From contig JBBPEB010000013.1 of NCBI GenBank assembly GCA_039096225.1, forward strand, positions 1,364,001 through 1,428,000: a DNA stretch of 64,000 nucleotides, read 5' to 3'. This document shows positions 46,496 through 62,734 of this stretch, one piece after another. This DNA comes from Blastocystis sp. Blastoise. Its lineage: Eukaryota; Protista; Bigyra: Opalinata. Position 1 is the stretch's first letter. Every line of letters starts with the position of its first letter. Made by a program: the position numbers and the translations under genes. The notes under the pieces are model-generated. The model was not told the origin of the DNA and did not search any database. It saw only the letters and a list, made by a program, of their open reading frames with translations.

Positions 46496-49400
46496 TGCTG
46501 ATATACGTAGTCTAGGAACAACTGAAACAAGTCGAGTAATAACCGCGATTATGCAACAAACTAAAGATCGTATATATATTATATTATATATTATACATTA
46601 TCTATTATCTATTATCTATTATCTATTATCTATTATCTATTATCTATTATCTATTATTTACTATCTATTATATACAATATATAATATAAAATAAATAATA
46701 TATAATATATTATATATAGAAGGTGCATTAGTAGGATTAGGTATATATGGTCGTTTGGGAGATTTAGGAACTATAGACAAAATGTATGATATTCCCGCGA
46801 GTACCGCCTCTGGAGCCTGGGGAGATCTTGTTGTAGAGACAACCGATGACGGTCAACGCGTCATCGAATGGTTGAAACGAGAGCACGTGGGTAAGATTCG
46901 ATGTATTATCTTAGAGAAATTAAAATATATACAAAGTTATATGAATAATCCCTTCACAGCTCCTAACGGAAGTAAACGTCTTTTCGATCTTATTAAACCC
47001 TCTCAAATAAAGTTCCTTCCCGCCTTTTATTACGCGCTAAGAGATACTTTAGTCACCAATAATCTTGATACTGTATATATATATATATATATATAGAATT
47101 ATTATTACATATATATCTAGATTTATTATAGCATATATAAATATATATATATATACTCCATAGGCTGTTCAATTATGTTACAAAGAGCACGTGAGTGGCC
47201 GAAGAGTTGTTACATTGAATGGCCAATTAATTGATTCGAATGGTACAATGAGTGGTGGCGGTAATAGTCAAAGACGCGGGCAAATTCGTTTGAGTGGTGG
47301 TAATTCTCGCGCCAGTAGCATGGGTGGGAACACTGATAATATTGAGGATGTCGAGAAGGCTGTTGCACAATTAGAGGGGGATCTAGAACACAAACGAACA
47401 GAATTAACAAATAATAAAGTATTAAAATGATCATAAATTAAGTTTTTTCCTTTATGCGTGTTTCTCTCTGTTTTATTTATCATATATATATTATTATATA
47501 TTTATATCCTTCTATATATATCATTATATAGATGACCCAAAAGACGTTACAGGATAGTTTACAGTCGTTACAATTAAAGATATCTAAGATCCAGGCAGAT
47601 CTCCAGTCCGTTACAGATTCCCTCCAATCAATTGATCAACGTATTTCCCTCCTTCCTGAGCGCGGGATGATGGACACAGATGACAAACTACATGATTTAC
47701 AGGTATATAGAAATATAGTATATTTTAAGTATAAAATGATATACATATTGTTATCTATGTATATACTTATTGTTATATATATATATATAGGTATCAAAGA
47801 AGGAGTTAGAGTCATCATTTGTGCCTATAAGGGAGTCAATCGATCGCTATATGGAGGAGATGAAGGAGAACGAGAAGGAGATTAATGCCAGAGGAGGAGA
47901 AGGACTCAAAAAACAACAAACACTCACAAAGAGATCAACTGATGCCTATGAACAGACACAAAAAGATATTTCAACTACTACTATATCCATTAAGAATTTA
48001 ACAAAGCAGCAAAATAAGTGTATTAAAGAGAAGCAACAGATGGAGAAGGAGAAAGAAGACATCGAAGAGAAAATCAAAAACACGAAAGAGAAATTCGCTT
48101 CTATTGAACAGGATGCTATTAAAGTATCTATTTATATTATTAATATTCTTTTATTTTTATTATTAAGATATGTTAGCTTATTATTATATTTATTATTATC
48201 TATATATAACATTATTTTTTCTATAATTTTTATTATTATTATCTATATGTATATATTATATTTTCTATATAATTTTTATTTATATATATGTATATATATA
48301 TAATTCTTTATGTATATAGGTTATGAAGGCATTTGAAGCTGCTCAAAAGGCAATGGAGGGAAAAGAAGAAGAATTAGAGGAGATTCGCGGGCAGTTTGAG
48401 AAATATAAGAAAGATAGTATGACTTTAAAGAGAGAAGTAGAAGAAGTTAAAGAGAAGAAGGAAGAAGAAGAAAAGAAAATAGAAGACAAGAAGAAAAAGA
48501 TAACTGGTTATGAAACACGTCTCAATGTATTTAAACGTGATTATAAGTCTCTTCAAGAAGAAATAGAAGTATATATATATATATAATATATATATAATAT
48601 TTATTATTACTATATAGGAAGATTCTACTGAACAAAATAAGCAGATGGAAATTGAACCTGAACAGCGTATATTTATAACAATATTTATAACAATATATAT
48701 ATAATAATATATATATAGAGCCAGAAGCTACTGTAGCTCCTATGACGATTGAAACTCCATCTGAATCTAATGATAACATCATTAATAGTCCTACCGATAC
48801 AAACCCTTCTATTCCCGCGGGGACTGCTGCTTCCTCCTCGGATGTATTTAGTATTGCTGATGAAGATATAGAGGGTATTAACATAAATGCTTTAGAAAGA
48901 GATATATTAAGATTAGAAGGAGAAAAAGATATACTACAAAAACAAGTTAATGTTGGTGCTATTCGAGAGTATATATATATATATAAGATATGTATATAAA
49001 TAATAGTATAATATATAATAAATTAATAATATATAATAAATTAATAATATATAATAAATTAATAATATATAATAAATTAATAATATATAATAGATTAATA
49101 TATAATATCTTTATTTTTTTATAGATATAATAAGAAGAATAGAGAGATGATGGAACGTGAAAAAGAACTCGACGAAGTGACCAATTCACGTGATCAGAAG
49201 CGAAAAGAATACGACGATTTACGAAAAGAACGATTAAATATGTTTATGGAAGGATTTAATGAAATTACACTTAAATTGAAAGAAATGTATATATATTTAT
49301 ATTAAAATAATATCTTATTATATGATAATATCAACGTTTCTTTTGAGTAAACCATGATATTTCTTTATAATTCTTATTATAATTATTCGAACTATATACA

Positions 49401-50013
49401 AAATAGTATTCTAACTACTTATATATATAAATATTCTAATAATATGTTATTATTATTATTACTATATATATAATTGATTCATAGGTATCAAATGATTACG
49501 TTAGGAGGGGATGCAGAACTGGAATTAGTAGACAGTTTAGATCCCTTCTCAGAAGGAATAGTATTCTCTGTTAGACCCCCAAAGAAAAGCTGGAAGAATA
49601 TATCGAATTTAAGTGGAGGAGAAAAAACATTATCGTCTTTAGCACTTATTTTTGCTCTTCATCATTTTAAACCAACTTCTCTATATATATATATATTATT
49701 GTTAATAATATAAATTAAATGTTTTCATTTACCATAATAAATATATATATATTTTTTTATTATCATATATATATTTATTAGATATATTTTGGATGAAATT
49801 GATGCAGCTCTTGATTTCCGAAATGTATCTATTGTAGCACATTATATTAAAGAAAGAACGAAGGATGCACAATTTATTATTATTTCATTAAGAAATAATA
49901 TGTTCGAATTAGCAGATCGACTTGTCGGTATTTATAAAACAAATAACGCAACCAAGTCAGTCACTCTTAATCCTAAGCTCTTAGCTGAAAAAATGAATAT
50001 TCAAAAAGAATAA
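44082..50013 (+). CDS. SMC4: Condensin subunit SMC4, ~18 exons
   Basis: LENFKSYAG, IGPFHKSFTSIVGPNGSGKSNVID, DLDNNRFLILQGEVEQI, hinge GRLGDLG, GGDAELELVDSLDPFSEG, LSGGEKTLSSLAL, DEIDAALDFRNVSIV. Confidence 0.97.
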
Positions 50014-50621
50014 TTTTGCTAATTTATTTATTTATTTGTTGTATTATGTATTTCAACATTATTTTTTATTTTATGTGTTTTTCTATGTCCTATCTATCCT
50101 ATACTATTACACTTTTTTGTTTTTTCTTTTCTTAGAATAGTATGAAATTTGTATTCATTGTTTTGTTACAAATTACGGATTTTCATTGAAAACTTCATAA
50201 CGATTTAATTATAAAAATAATAATAGTTTAGTTACTATGAAAGTAAAACTATATTATATACATATTTTATTGTTATGACTGAAAATGACTTAAAGGAATA
50301 CTATATTTTTCAGTTGTGTTTCATAATTGGCGGTAAAATTTTAAAAAATTGGCAGAAAACTGGAATTGTAAAAAACACAAAAAAACAAAATAAAATTCTT
50401 GTTTTTTATTTTTAAGACATGCTTCTTTTTTAGAAAAAATGGACAAATATTGATGTACAGTGATCATGAAATGGAAAGCTATCATGAAAATGATCAGTTA
50501 TTTTTATGATAAATATACGATCTTATTCATATTTAATCCACTGTACACTTTGAATTTTTCATTATTTGTCAATTATATTTGGTAAATATCAATTGTTCAA
50601 AATAAAAACAAGAACACTAAC

Positions 50622-51758
50622 ATGGGTAGAAAAAGAGCAGATTGTTGGAGTGAATATGGAGAAATTCAAGAAGGAGGTAGTTTCAAAGCTAGACGTGTAA
50701 AGTGTAGTCACTGTGGCCATGAATTGACTGCTCATGCTAATCGAATGAAAGAGCATCTACGTCAGTGTAGTTCTTATCGTGATGTATTTTATACACTATA
50801 TATTTTAATATAAATGGATCATATCATTATAGGCATTAACTAAAGGTCAAGCGAGACAAGTTGACTTATCTACTGTAAGGTATGAAACAAGACTTGGAAA
50901 TGATATTCAACCTGAATATTCACTTCCTCAAATAGATGTATGTCTTTTATCACAAATTTGTTGTTTATTTTTTTTGTAGACTTACCGTACTCATAGTTGT
51001 TTACGTATGGGTATTGTTGGAGGAAGACCAGGATCTTTCATTGGTCCAGTTCACATAACAGCAGGTATTTTTTTTTTAATTGTTGATTTTCGTTGAATAC
51101 AAATAATTCATTTAATAAATATATATGATTATATATTATAGCTCTATTCATTATTATATTGTATAGCTACAATGGATCGAAGGGCTAAATTAGTTTGTGG
51201 TTGTTTTTCAAGTGATATAGTGAAATCAAGACAAGCAGGTACTCAATATGGATTACCTAGAAATAGAGTCTATAAATCGTATATATAGAGATATAATATT
51301 AATAGATACTATTGTATAATAGAATATTATAAGTTTTTATTATATAATAGAGTGTATTCTAATTATATAATAGTATATATTCTAATAAATAGTATTATAA
51401 AATTATATACTATATATATATATAGATTTGATGCTATGATAGATAAGGAATTGCGTCTCCCTGAGGCTGAGAGAATGAACTTCGTTGCTATTACTACACC
51501 AAATGACTTGCATTTTCAACAAGCTATGAGAGCTGTCCAAGTAAATATGAACCTATTATTATATGCATTATTTAACTTATATACTATTAAACTATGTCTA
51601 TATATATATATATATATAGAATGGATTTCATGTGATGTGTGAAAAGCCGTTATGTATAACAGAAGAAGAAGCGTTACAGTTACAGCAGGAAGTTCGTGCG
51701 AAAGGAGTTATTTTTGGAGTTGCTCACGCATATACTGCATATCCAATGGTTCGACAAG

Positions 51759-51789
<31 letters not shown>

Positions 51790-52577
51790 ATTTATACTTA
51801 TATTACTCACTTTTATATCATTTTTATAAAGTATTCTTAATAATACTCCTATAGTATATATATAAATTGACTATTATATATATGTATATATTACAATGAA
51901 ATATATCCTTTAGGCACGTGAGATGGTGATGAATGGTCATTTGGGTCAGATCTTAGCCGTACGAGTGAAGTATCTTCAGAGTAGCGGGATGGGAGAGAGG
52001 GATCGCCGCGTTTGGGCCAATCAGGCGCAACGAGTAGGAAATAGCTATTGCTTTGGAGATATCGGTATACATGCATATAATTTAATGAGATATATAACGG
52101 GACTACACCCCCTTCGACTCTCCGCTTGTCTTAATCGAATATTTGGAAATAGAACACTAGATGACTATGGTATATATATTATATTATATACTATACTATA
52201 CTATTATATTATATTATATTATATTATATTATATTATATTATATTATATTATATTATATTATATTCTTTTGATTCTTTTTAAAGTTATTTTTACCAAATT
52301 TCTATATGTTGTTATTTCTTATTATATTCACTATATATTATATATATGTATATATATATAGGTACATGTACAATTCAATTGAAAGGTGGTGGTATGTGTT
52401 CTATAACTGCTTCCAAGATCTCTCAAGGTAGAATGAATGATTTATCTATAGAGATTGATGGATCCATGGGATCGCTCGAATGGCATCAAGAGAATCCTAG
52501 TGTATACTTCTATATACATATATATATATATATTATACTATAGGAATTAGTTCATCGACATGTAGGTCTACCTAAAC

Positions 52578-52611
<34 letters not shown>

Positions 52612-53375
52612 TATTCTCTGTATTATTATTCATATACATAATATATACATAATATATATATATATAGATTTTTAGTAGTAATAGTGGAGGGTTTTGTGAC
52701 GCAGACTACGTCAGAAGAGCAGCAAGATTGCCACAAGGACATCCTGAAGTATATATATATATATATATATTATTATTATTATTATTAGTTTTTATTCACC
52801 TTGTTTTTATTCTATTTTATTCTATTTATTTAGGGTTTTATTGAAGCATTTGCAAATTTATATAATTCTTTTTTTAATGATATTGAAGCACATGATCATG
52901 GTCACGTGGTAGATCTATCAAATTCTAAATATATATCCTTTTTATTGATACTTTTTTATATACATACTATCATTTTATATCTTAGAATTATGTGTTCTAT
53001 ATTATAATTTATATATAATCAATAGATATTCTATATTATAATCAATATATAATCAATAGATATTCTATACTATAATGTATACATAAAATAGATTCGCTGC
53101 TATTTTTCTTTAATTCTCTTTACCCTACTATATATGATGGTGTAGATGGTATGTCCTTTTTATATCGTTGTTTAGAGAGCAGTCAACGAGATGGTTGTTG
53201 GATAGACTTCACATCAACACTGGAAGCACAACCTCTCTTTGATACTACGTCTGTTCCCGCTATTCCCTCCTATGAACCGCTATCCGTACATTCTGTACCC
53301 GTACCCGTACCTGTATCTACAGATGACGCCGTGAGTGTCAATGGTAATAATAAACATACAATCGTCCCCAACTAA
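50622..53375 (+). CDS. BED zinc finger fused to a Gfo/Idh/MocA-family NAD(P)-dependent oxidoreductase, 12 exons
   Basis: Exon 1 CWSEY..VKCSHC..ANRMKEHLRQC (BED) splices in frame through introns 50784-50832 and 50938-50979 to LRMGIVGGRPGSFIGPVH..TTPNDLH..HVMCEKPL..GDIGIHAY..RLPQGHPEGFIEAFANLY..YPTIYDGVDGM. Confidence 0.88.
52933..53123 (+). other. U12-type AT-AC intron in the Gfo/Idh/MocA domain
   Basis: ATATCCTT donor, TTCTTTAAT branch, CTTTAC acceptor; restores Y|PTIYDGVDGM. Confidence 0.9.
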
Positions 53376-53882
53376 ACAATAATTAAATAATCAATTTTTC
53401 TCCTTTTTATTTAGTACTTTATACATAAAAAGTATATATATATATATTTATTAAAATATATTTCTTATGTATATAAAAACTGTTCTTTCTTTTGTAGTTT
53501 ATTATTATATCTTTTATTAATATAATAGATTTTCTATTTTTCATTTTTCAATATTTTTCTATGTTTTTATTTGTCATATATATTTATTGTTGTCTCTCTT
53601 TCATAATTATTGCTGGCAATTTTTTAAGTTTTAATTTTTTTTTAATATTTTATATAAGAATATTTATATTCATAATTTTGATTACATTTTTGATTATTTG
53701 TTTTTACTAGCTTTTCCTTTTTCTAATGATATTATTTTATTACTTGTGTTTTGTTAAGTATATAATATTTCTAACTACAAAACACAATCGAGAATATCAT
53801 ACATAATAGACAAACAATAAACAGAATAGAAAAACAGAAAAGTTATACATACTAATCGAATATGTATATAAATATAAACAAA

Positions 53883-54661
53883 TTAATTTTCACGAGGTTT
53901 CTTATGAATAAATTCTGTACCTTGGACGCCCGTTGAACCAAAACCACCAGCACCTCTATACATGTAATATATATTATAATATATATTATGAATATATATA
54001 TATGAATATTAATATATATATATATGAATATTAATATATATATATATATATAATGAATACTTAAAATATATATAAATATATATAATAAATTTTAAATATT
54101 AAATATATATATAATGAATATTAAAAAATATATATAATGAATAATGTACCTAGATGTTTCAGGTAATTCATCCACTTCAGAAATGTCAGCCATACATATT
54201 CTTTCAATAATTAATTGAGCAATACGATCGCCTTTCTTAACTATATATAATAGAAGATATATAAGTAATATATAGAAATAATAAACAAATATATATATAC
54301 TTTCAAGATCTTCATCGTTATGATTAAAAAGAACGACACCTACAGGACCTCTATATATAGAGTTTTATTATATAAATTATTCAAATATATGCGTATATAT
54401 ATATATATACCTATAATCAGCATCAATAACACCAGCGCCAACATCAATAAATTTTTTCCAAGCAAGTCCAGATCTAGGAGCTATTCTTCCATAAGTATTA
54501 GGAGGACACATGATGGATAAATCAGTAGCAACAATTCCTTTGCCATGAGCTTTGATGATACATTCCTTAGCAGCAAATAAATCGTATCCAGCAGCAAGAG
54601 GTGATCCTCTCACAGGGGTTTGAGCATCTTCACTAAGTTTCTTAATATATAAAGTTTCCAT
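53883..54661 (-). CDS. DUT: Trimeric dUTP pyrophosphatase, 4 exons
   Basis: [45 protein letters not shown] (motifs 1-5). Confidence 0.97.
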
Positions 54662-54754
54662 AGATCTTAAGAATAGAAATGTTTTTTGAAATGTTGAGAT
54701 AATATGATTATTAGATAACATTTTCTTTTCAAATTATATAAAATTGTGTGCTTC

Positions 54755-54765
54755 TTGGCGCCAAA
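54755..54765 (-). promoter_or_regulatory. E2F-like site TTTGGCGCCAA upstream of dUTPase
   Basis: Matches TTTSSCGC consensus ~100 nt upstream of the ATG of an S-phase gene, in otherwise AT-rich DNA. Confidence 0.5.
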
Positions 54766-55267
54766 TGACAAATTTAACCGCCTTTTTTCATTTCCAAAGT
54801 TTTAACCATCAATTATCTATTTATCTTATGTATCATGAAAAACTATAACGTGATATTGGACTATGAGTTAAGGTGCTATAAAGATAAGTATTTTTTGCGA
54901 TATCGTTGTTGGTAATCAGACTTTTGTTTCAATGGAGTCAATCATAATAATTATATACCAACGTTATATTTAATAAAACGATTCTGTGTATTCATAAATT
55001 CAAGTTGTAAACAAAAAACATTGAAAAATAGTCATGTTTTAACACATTTGTATTTGATGAACTTGGTCTGTTAAATGAATGTGTTCGTCATTAAAACAAT
55101 GGTCATATGTATAATTGCGAGTTGCTATATTAAATATGAAATGAATAATTCCTATATTTTGTGAAACAAATTTTTTATATTTATTTCTGTTGTTTTCTTT
55201 AAGATTTCTTTTCTATTTAAAACAAACAATTAAAAAATCAATGTTGTTCATGTAAATATCATTTTTT

Positions 55268-59058
<3,791 letters not shown>

Positions 59059-59414
59059 TTTATAAAATAAGATTGTTAAAATAAAATAAGTTGAAGATAT
59101 CTATCTCTATTGATATTATACTTGGAAAAATTTGTTCTACCTTGCTGACGAAGTATTCCAGTTGATTCATAAAAACCAAAAGAAAATCTTTATTAATTAT
59201 CAAATACTGACTTTTTAAGTAAGGTATTGGTGGCATGATGCGAGACATTTTCGAAATTGACCAAGAAACACCTAAAAATGGAGTTCAAGCTTTTCTTGCT
59301 TTTTTGAAAGAGAGTTTGTTTTTATAAAAGAAATCCATTATAACAAATATTTCTTCTGAAATTTTATAAAACATAGTTATATTACTTTAACCAGTACATA
59401 TGAATACAAAACAA

Positions 59415-60699
59415 ATGGAAATACTGACTTGCCAACGAAAAGGTTGTAGTCAAATAGCTTGTTTCTGGTATGCTAAACAATTTTCTATATATATATATAC
59501 TTTAGTTGTTCAAAATGTTTGACAGCTTGTTATTGTTCAGCAAATTGTCAAAAAGAAGATTGGTCTAATCACAAGTATTATTTATTTTAGCTTGTATGAG
59601 TAGTGTATTTAGAAAAGTATGTAAAAAGTTAAGATTGGTAAATGAAGGAAAATTAAAGCCGACAGATTCGTTAGATTCTATTTTTACAAAAGATAAATTA
59701 GATAAAGTTGAAGAGAATTCAGATAGAATTACAGGAGTTGCTGTTCAGACTATTGAGATTGCAAAGTCCATAAGTAAGCCTGAGTTAGAACCAAACCCAG
59801 ATTATATTGAGTCTAAAGTAAAGAATGATAATAATTCCGTCGATACAACAATAACACAAGAATCTGAATATGGATCGAGTTCATTAGATGTTTCATCCAA
59901 GTCTAATATATCTAATCAAGATATTCAAAATGATCATTCTTCAAAAACACACAATATATCCTCAATTCTTCATGAAGATCAAAAGACTAACGAGAAATGC
60001 ATATCAAAGTCTGATGAATCTATTGATAATAATCATATCGAGAATAAGGATACTGTTTCTTCTAGTTTGAATAAGAATAAGCGTTCATTAGATGGTTTAG
60101 AACAGAATGACACAACAGTAGATGGCTATGTCAATAAAGCACCAAAAATAGAAGGAGAAGAATGTATATTATATTATACTATATTTATTTTGTGACTATT
60201 CTAATAATGATTCTATATATTATATGTTTATATAACATACTATATCTTTTAGTATTACATTCTTCTTCTCCTCCTCTCTCTACAATTACTCCTACTTCTC
60301 CTCCTTCTCCTCTCTCTGCAGATACTTCATTCCCTATTCATACAGTACCTCCTACTACTCTATCAACATCAACTTCTCTTCCACCTCCAGTATTATGTTC
60401 TCCTGATCATTCCCGCGGGACAACAACATCTCTAGATACAGTCTTAGGAACATCTATTCCTATAACTAAACCAATAGATACATATATGAATACAAAAGGT
60501 AATGTGACTTCTAGTGATAATGGATCGAAGAATAAATTAACAGATCTTAGTGATATGATACTTCCTTTATGCTATAAAGTATTAATATCACTAACAGTAG
60601 ATCTCATTCAAAAAATTGAAAATTATATTTTGAATTAACATATTTTATTTATTTTTATTGTAATAGTATAGAGTTAGTATATTTATGTTATTGTGTTTA

Positions 60700-60732
<33 letters not shown>

Positions 60733-60826
60733 GTTATGGAGTAAAATGTAGATCTGCATTTCGAATTCGAAAAGCCAAAAAAGCAGCATGCTTAGATGAT
60801 ATTGTCTCTATTATAAATGTATAATT

Positions 60827-60924
<98 letters not shown>

Positions 60925-61070
60925 ATTGATTGATGATATGGCAAAGAAAGGATTAATTATAGATAAGATCACAGTTGTACTTCCCTTTCAAGTATATATT
61001 ATTCATATACTTAATATTCTTATATTTATATCAACTATTATATATAAATTAATATTTCTTTTTAAAATTA

Positions 61071-61103
<33 letters not shown>

Positions 61104-61755
61104 GATTCAGACAACAATAGCTACCCTCTATCAGGCCATGGGAGATTCCTTTGGTGCTCACGAAGTCCTTAATAAATCCCTCTTTGATAGTAAATCTGAA
61201 TGGCCAAATACTGGTCCTGAAGCGAGATTCTGCACAAGATGTGGCACAAGAAAAGGAGTATTTATATGATTCTATTAATATTTATGTTTAGTATTGTTTA
61301 TAATATTATTATGATTATGATTATACTATTATTATTATTACTATATTGATTATTGATTATTTATAGAAATTGGTTCCTCATAAGAAATTATCGAATATTT
61401 TCATGTGTGAAAGTTGTTCTGAATTCTATACTGAAGATGGATGGGATAAAGAAGTATATATATATATAGTTGATAACTGATATACTAACTATCACTTACT
61501 CCTATACTATTCTATATATATATATGTATATATATATGTATATATATATATATATATATTAGGAAGGTGCGGATATTTATTGTAGATGTTGTGGTGACGG
61601 TGGTTATATTACTTCTTGCGATATATGCCATCACTCTTTATGCGAACGATGCAAATTACTTCATTATGGAGAAACAGAAGTATATATTTATTATTATATA
61701 TTATTACTATATATTTTCATTTATTATTACTATACTATATTATCTCATTTATATA

Positions 61756-61794
<39 letters not shown>

Positions 61795-61898
61795 TCTCCA
61801 ATACCATAACAAATGATCCTTATCAATGTGTATTATGTAAACAGAATGAAAATGGTAATTATGATTATTTAAAGCCAGGAGTTACTCTTCCATTATAA
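59415..61898 (+). CDS. zf-MYND + ADD (ATRX/DNMT3-type) zinc-finger chromatin protein, ~10 exons
   Basis: CQRKGC..CSKCLTACYCSANCQKEDWSNHKKVC (MYND); CTRC..H..LSNIFMCESCSEFY..EGADIYCRCCGDGGYITSCDICHHSLCERC..YQCVLC (ADD); TAA 61896-61898. Confidence 0.85.
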
Positions 61899-62734
61899 CT
61901 CTTTTTCTCACTTTATTTTTACATATTATCATCATTTACAAATTTATTCTTTCTTCTCTTTTTTCTTTTTTCCTATATGTATTATTCTCTATTTGTTTTA
62001 TTATATAAGTATTTGTTTAGTATTCTCTTGGTTGTTGTTTTATTCGATTATCTCCAAATGTCATTATTATTATATTTCTTTATAAATAATCAAATTTAAT
62101 TCAATGTCTTGCATAAACTAATCATCACTCATCAAGATATAAGATTCTTGAAATATCAATTGATCGAATATAATAAATATTTAATAGGATGACCAAAAAA
62201 GACTGAATCCTTGAAATAATGTCTTCTTTTTTTTATAACATGAAAAATAAATAAAATTATAGCTTAGCATACTATTTCATCATAACTGGTAATAACTACA
62301 TTATCATTACTAACACATTGATGACATAAGTTTTTTTATAATGTTAACCATTTCATATTTGCTATTTATTGATTGTTTTTGATTACTCATGTCTATCGAT
62401 TGTGTATATTCTGGAAAGATTTCTTGTGACAATGTACAATATTTTAATTTTTTTAAAGCAAATTTTTATTGAAATTATAAATACATGTATTCAAATAGTA
62501 CATTTATTTTAGAAATTGACAATAAAAAGTTCATATTAGAAACCAATTAGTGATTTATTAAATAAAAGAATCTGTTAACGATTATTTGTGTTTTCTATGT
62601 GTACTTTTTGAAATTTTCAAGATTTAATAATCAAATTAGATTCTTCTCGATAATACTCATTATTTTCATCAACAAGCGCTTTATTATATTATATAATATA
62701 TCTTGATAATAGAATACAGCAATAGAATATTGAT

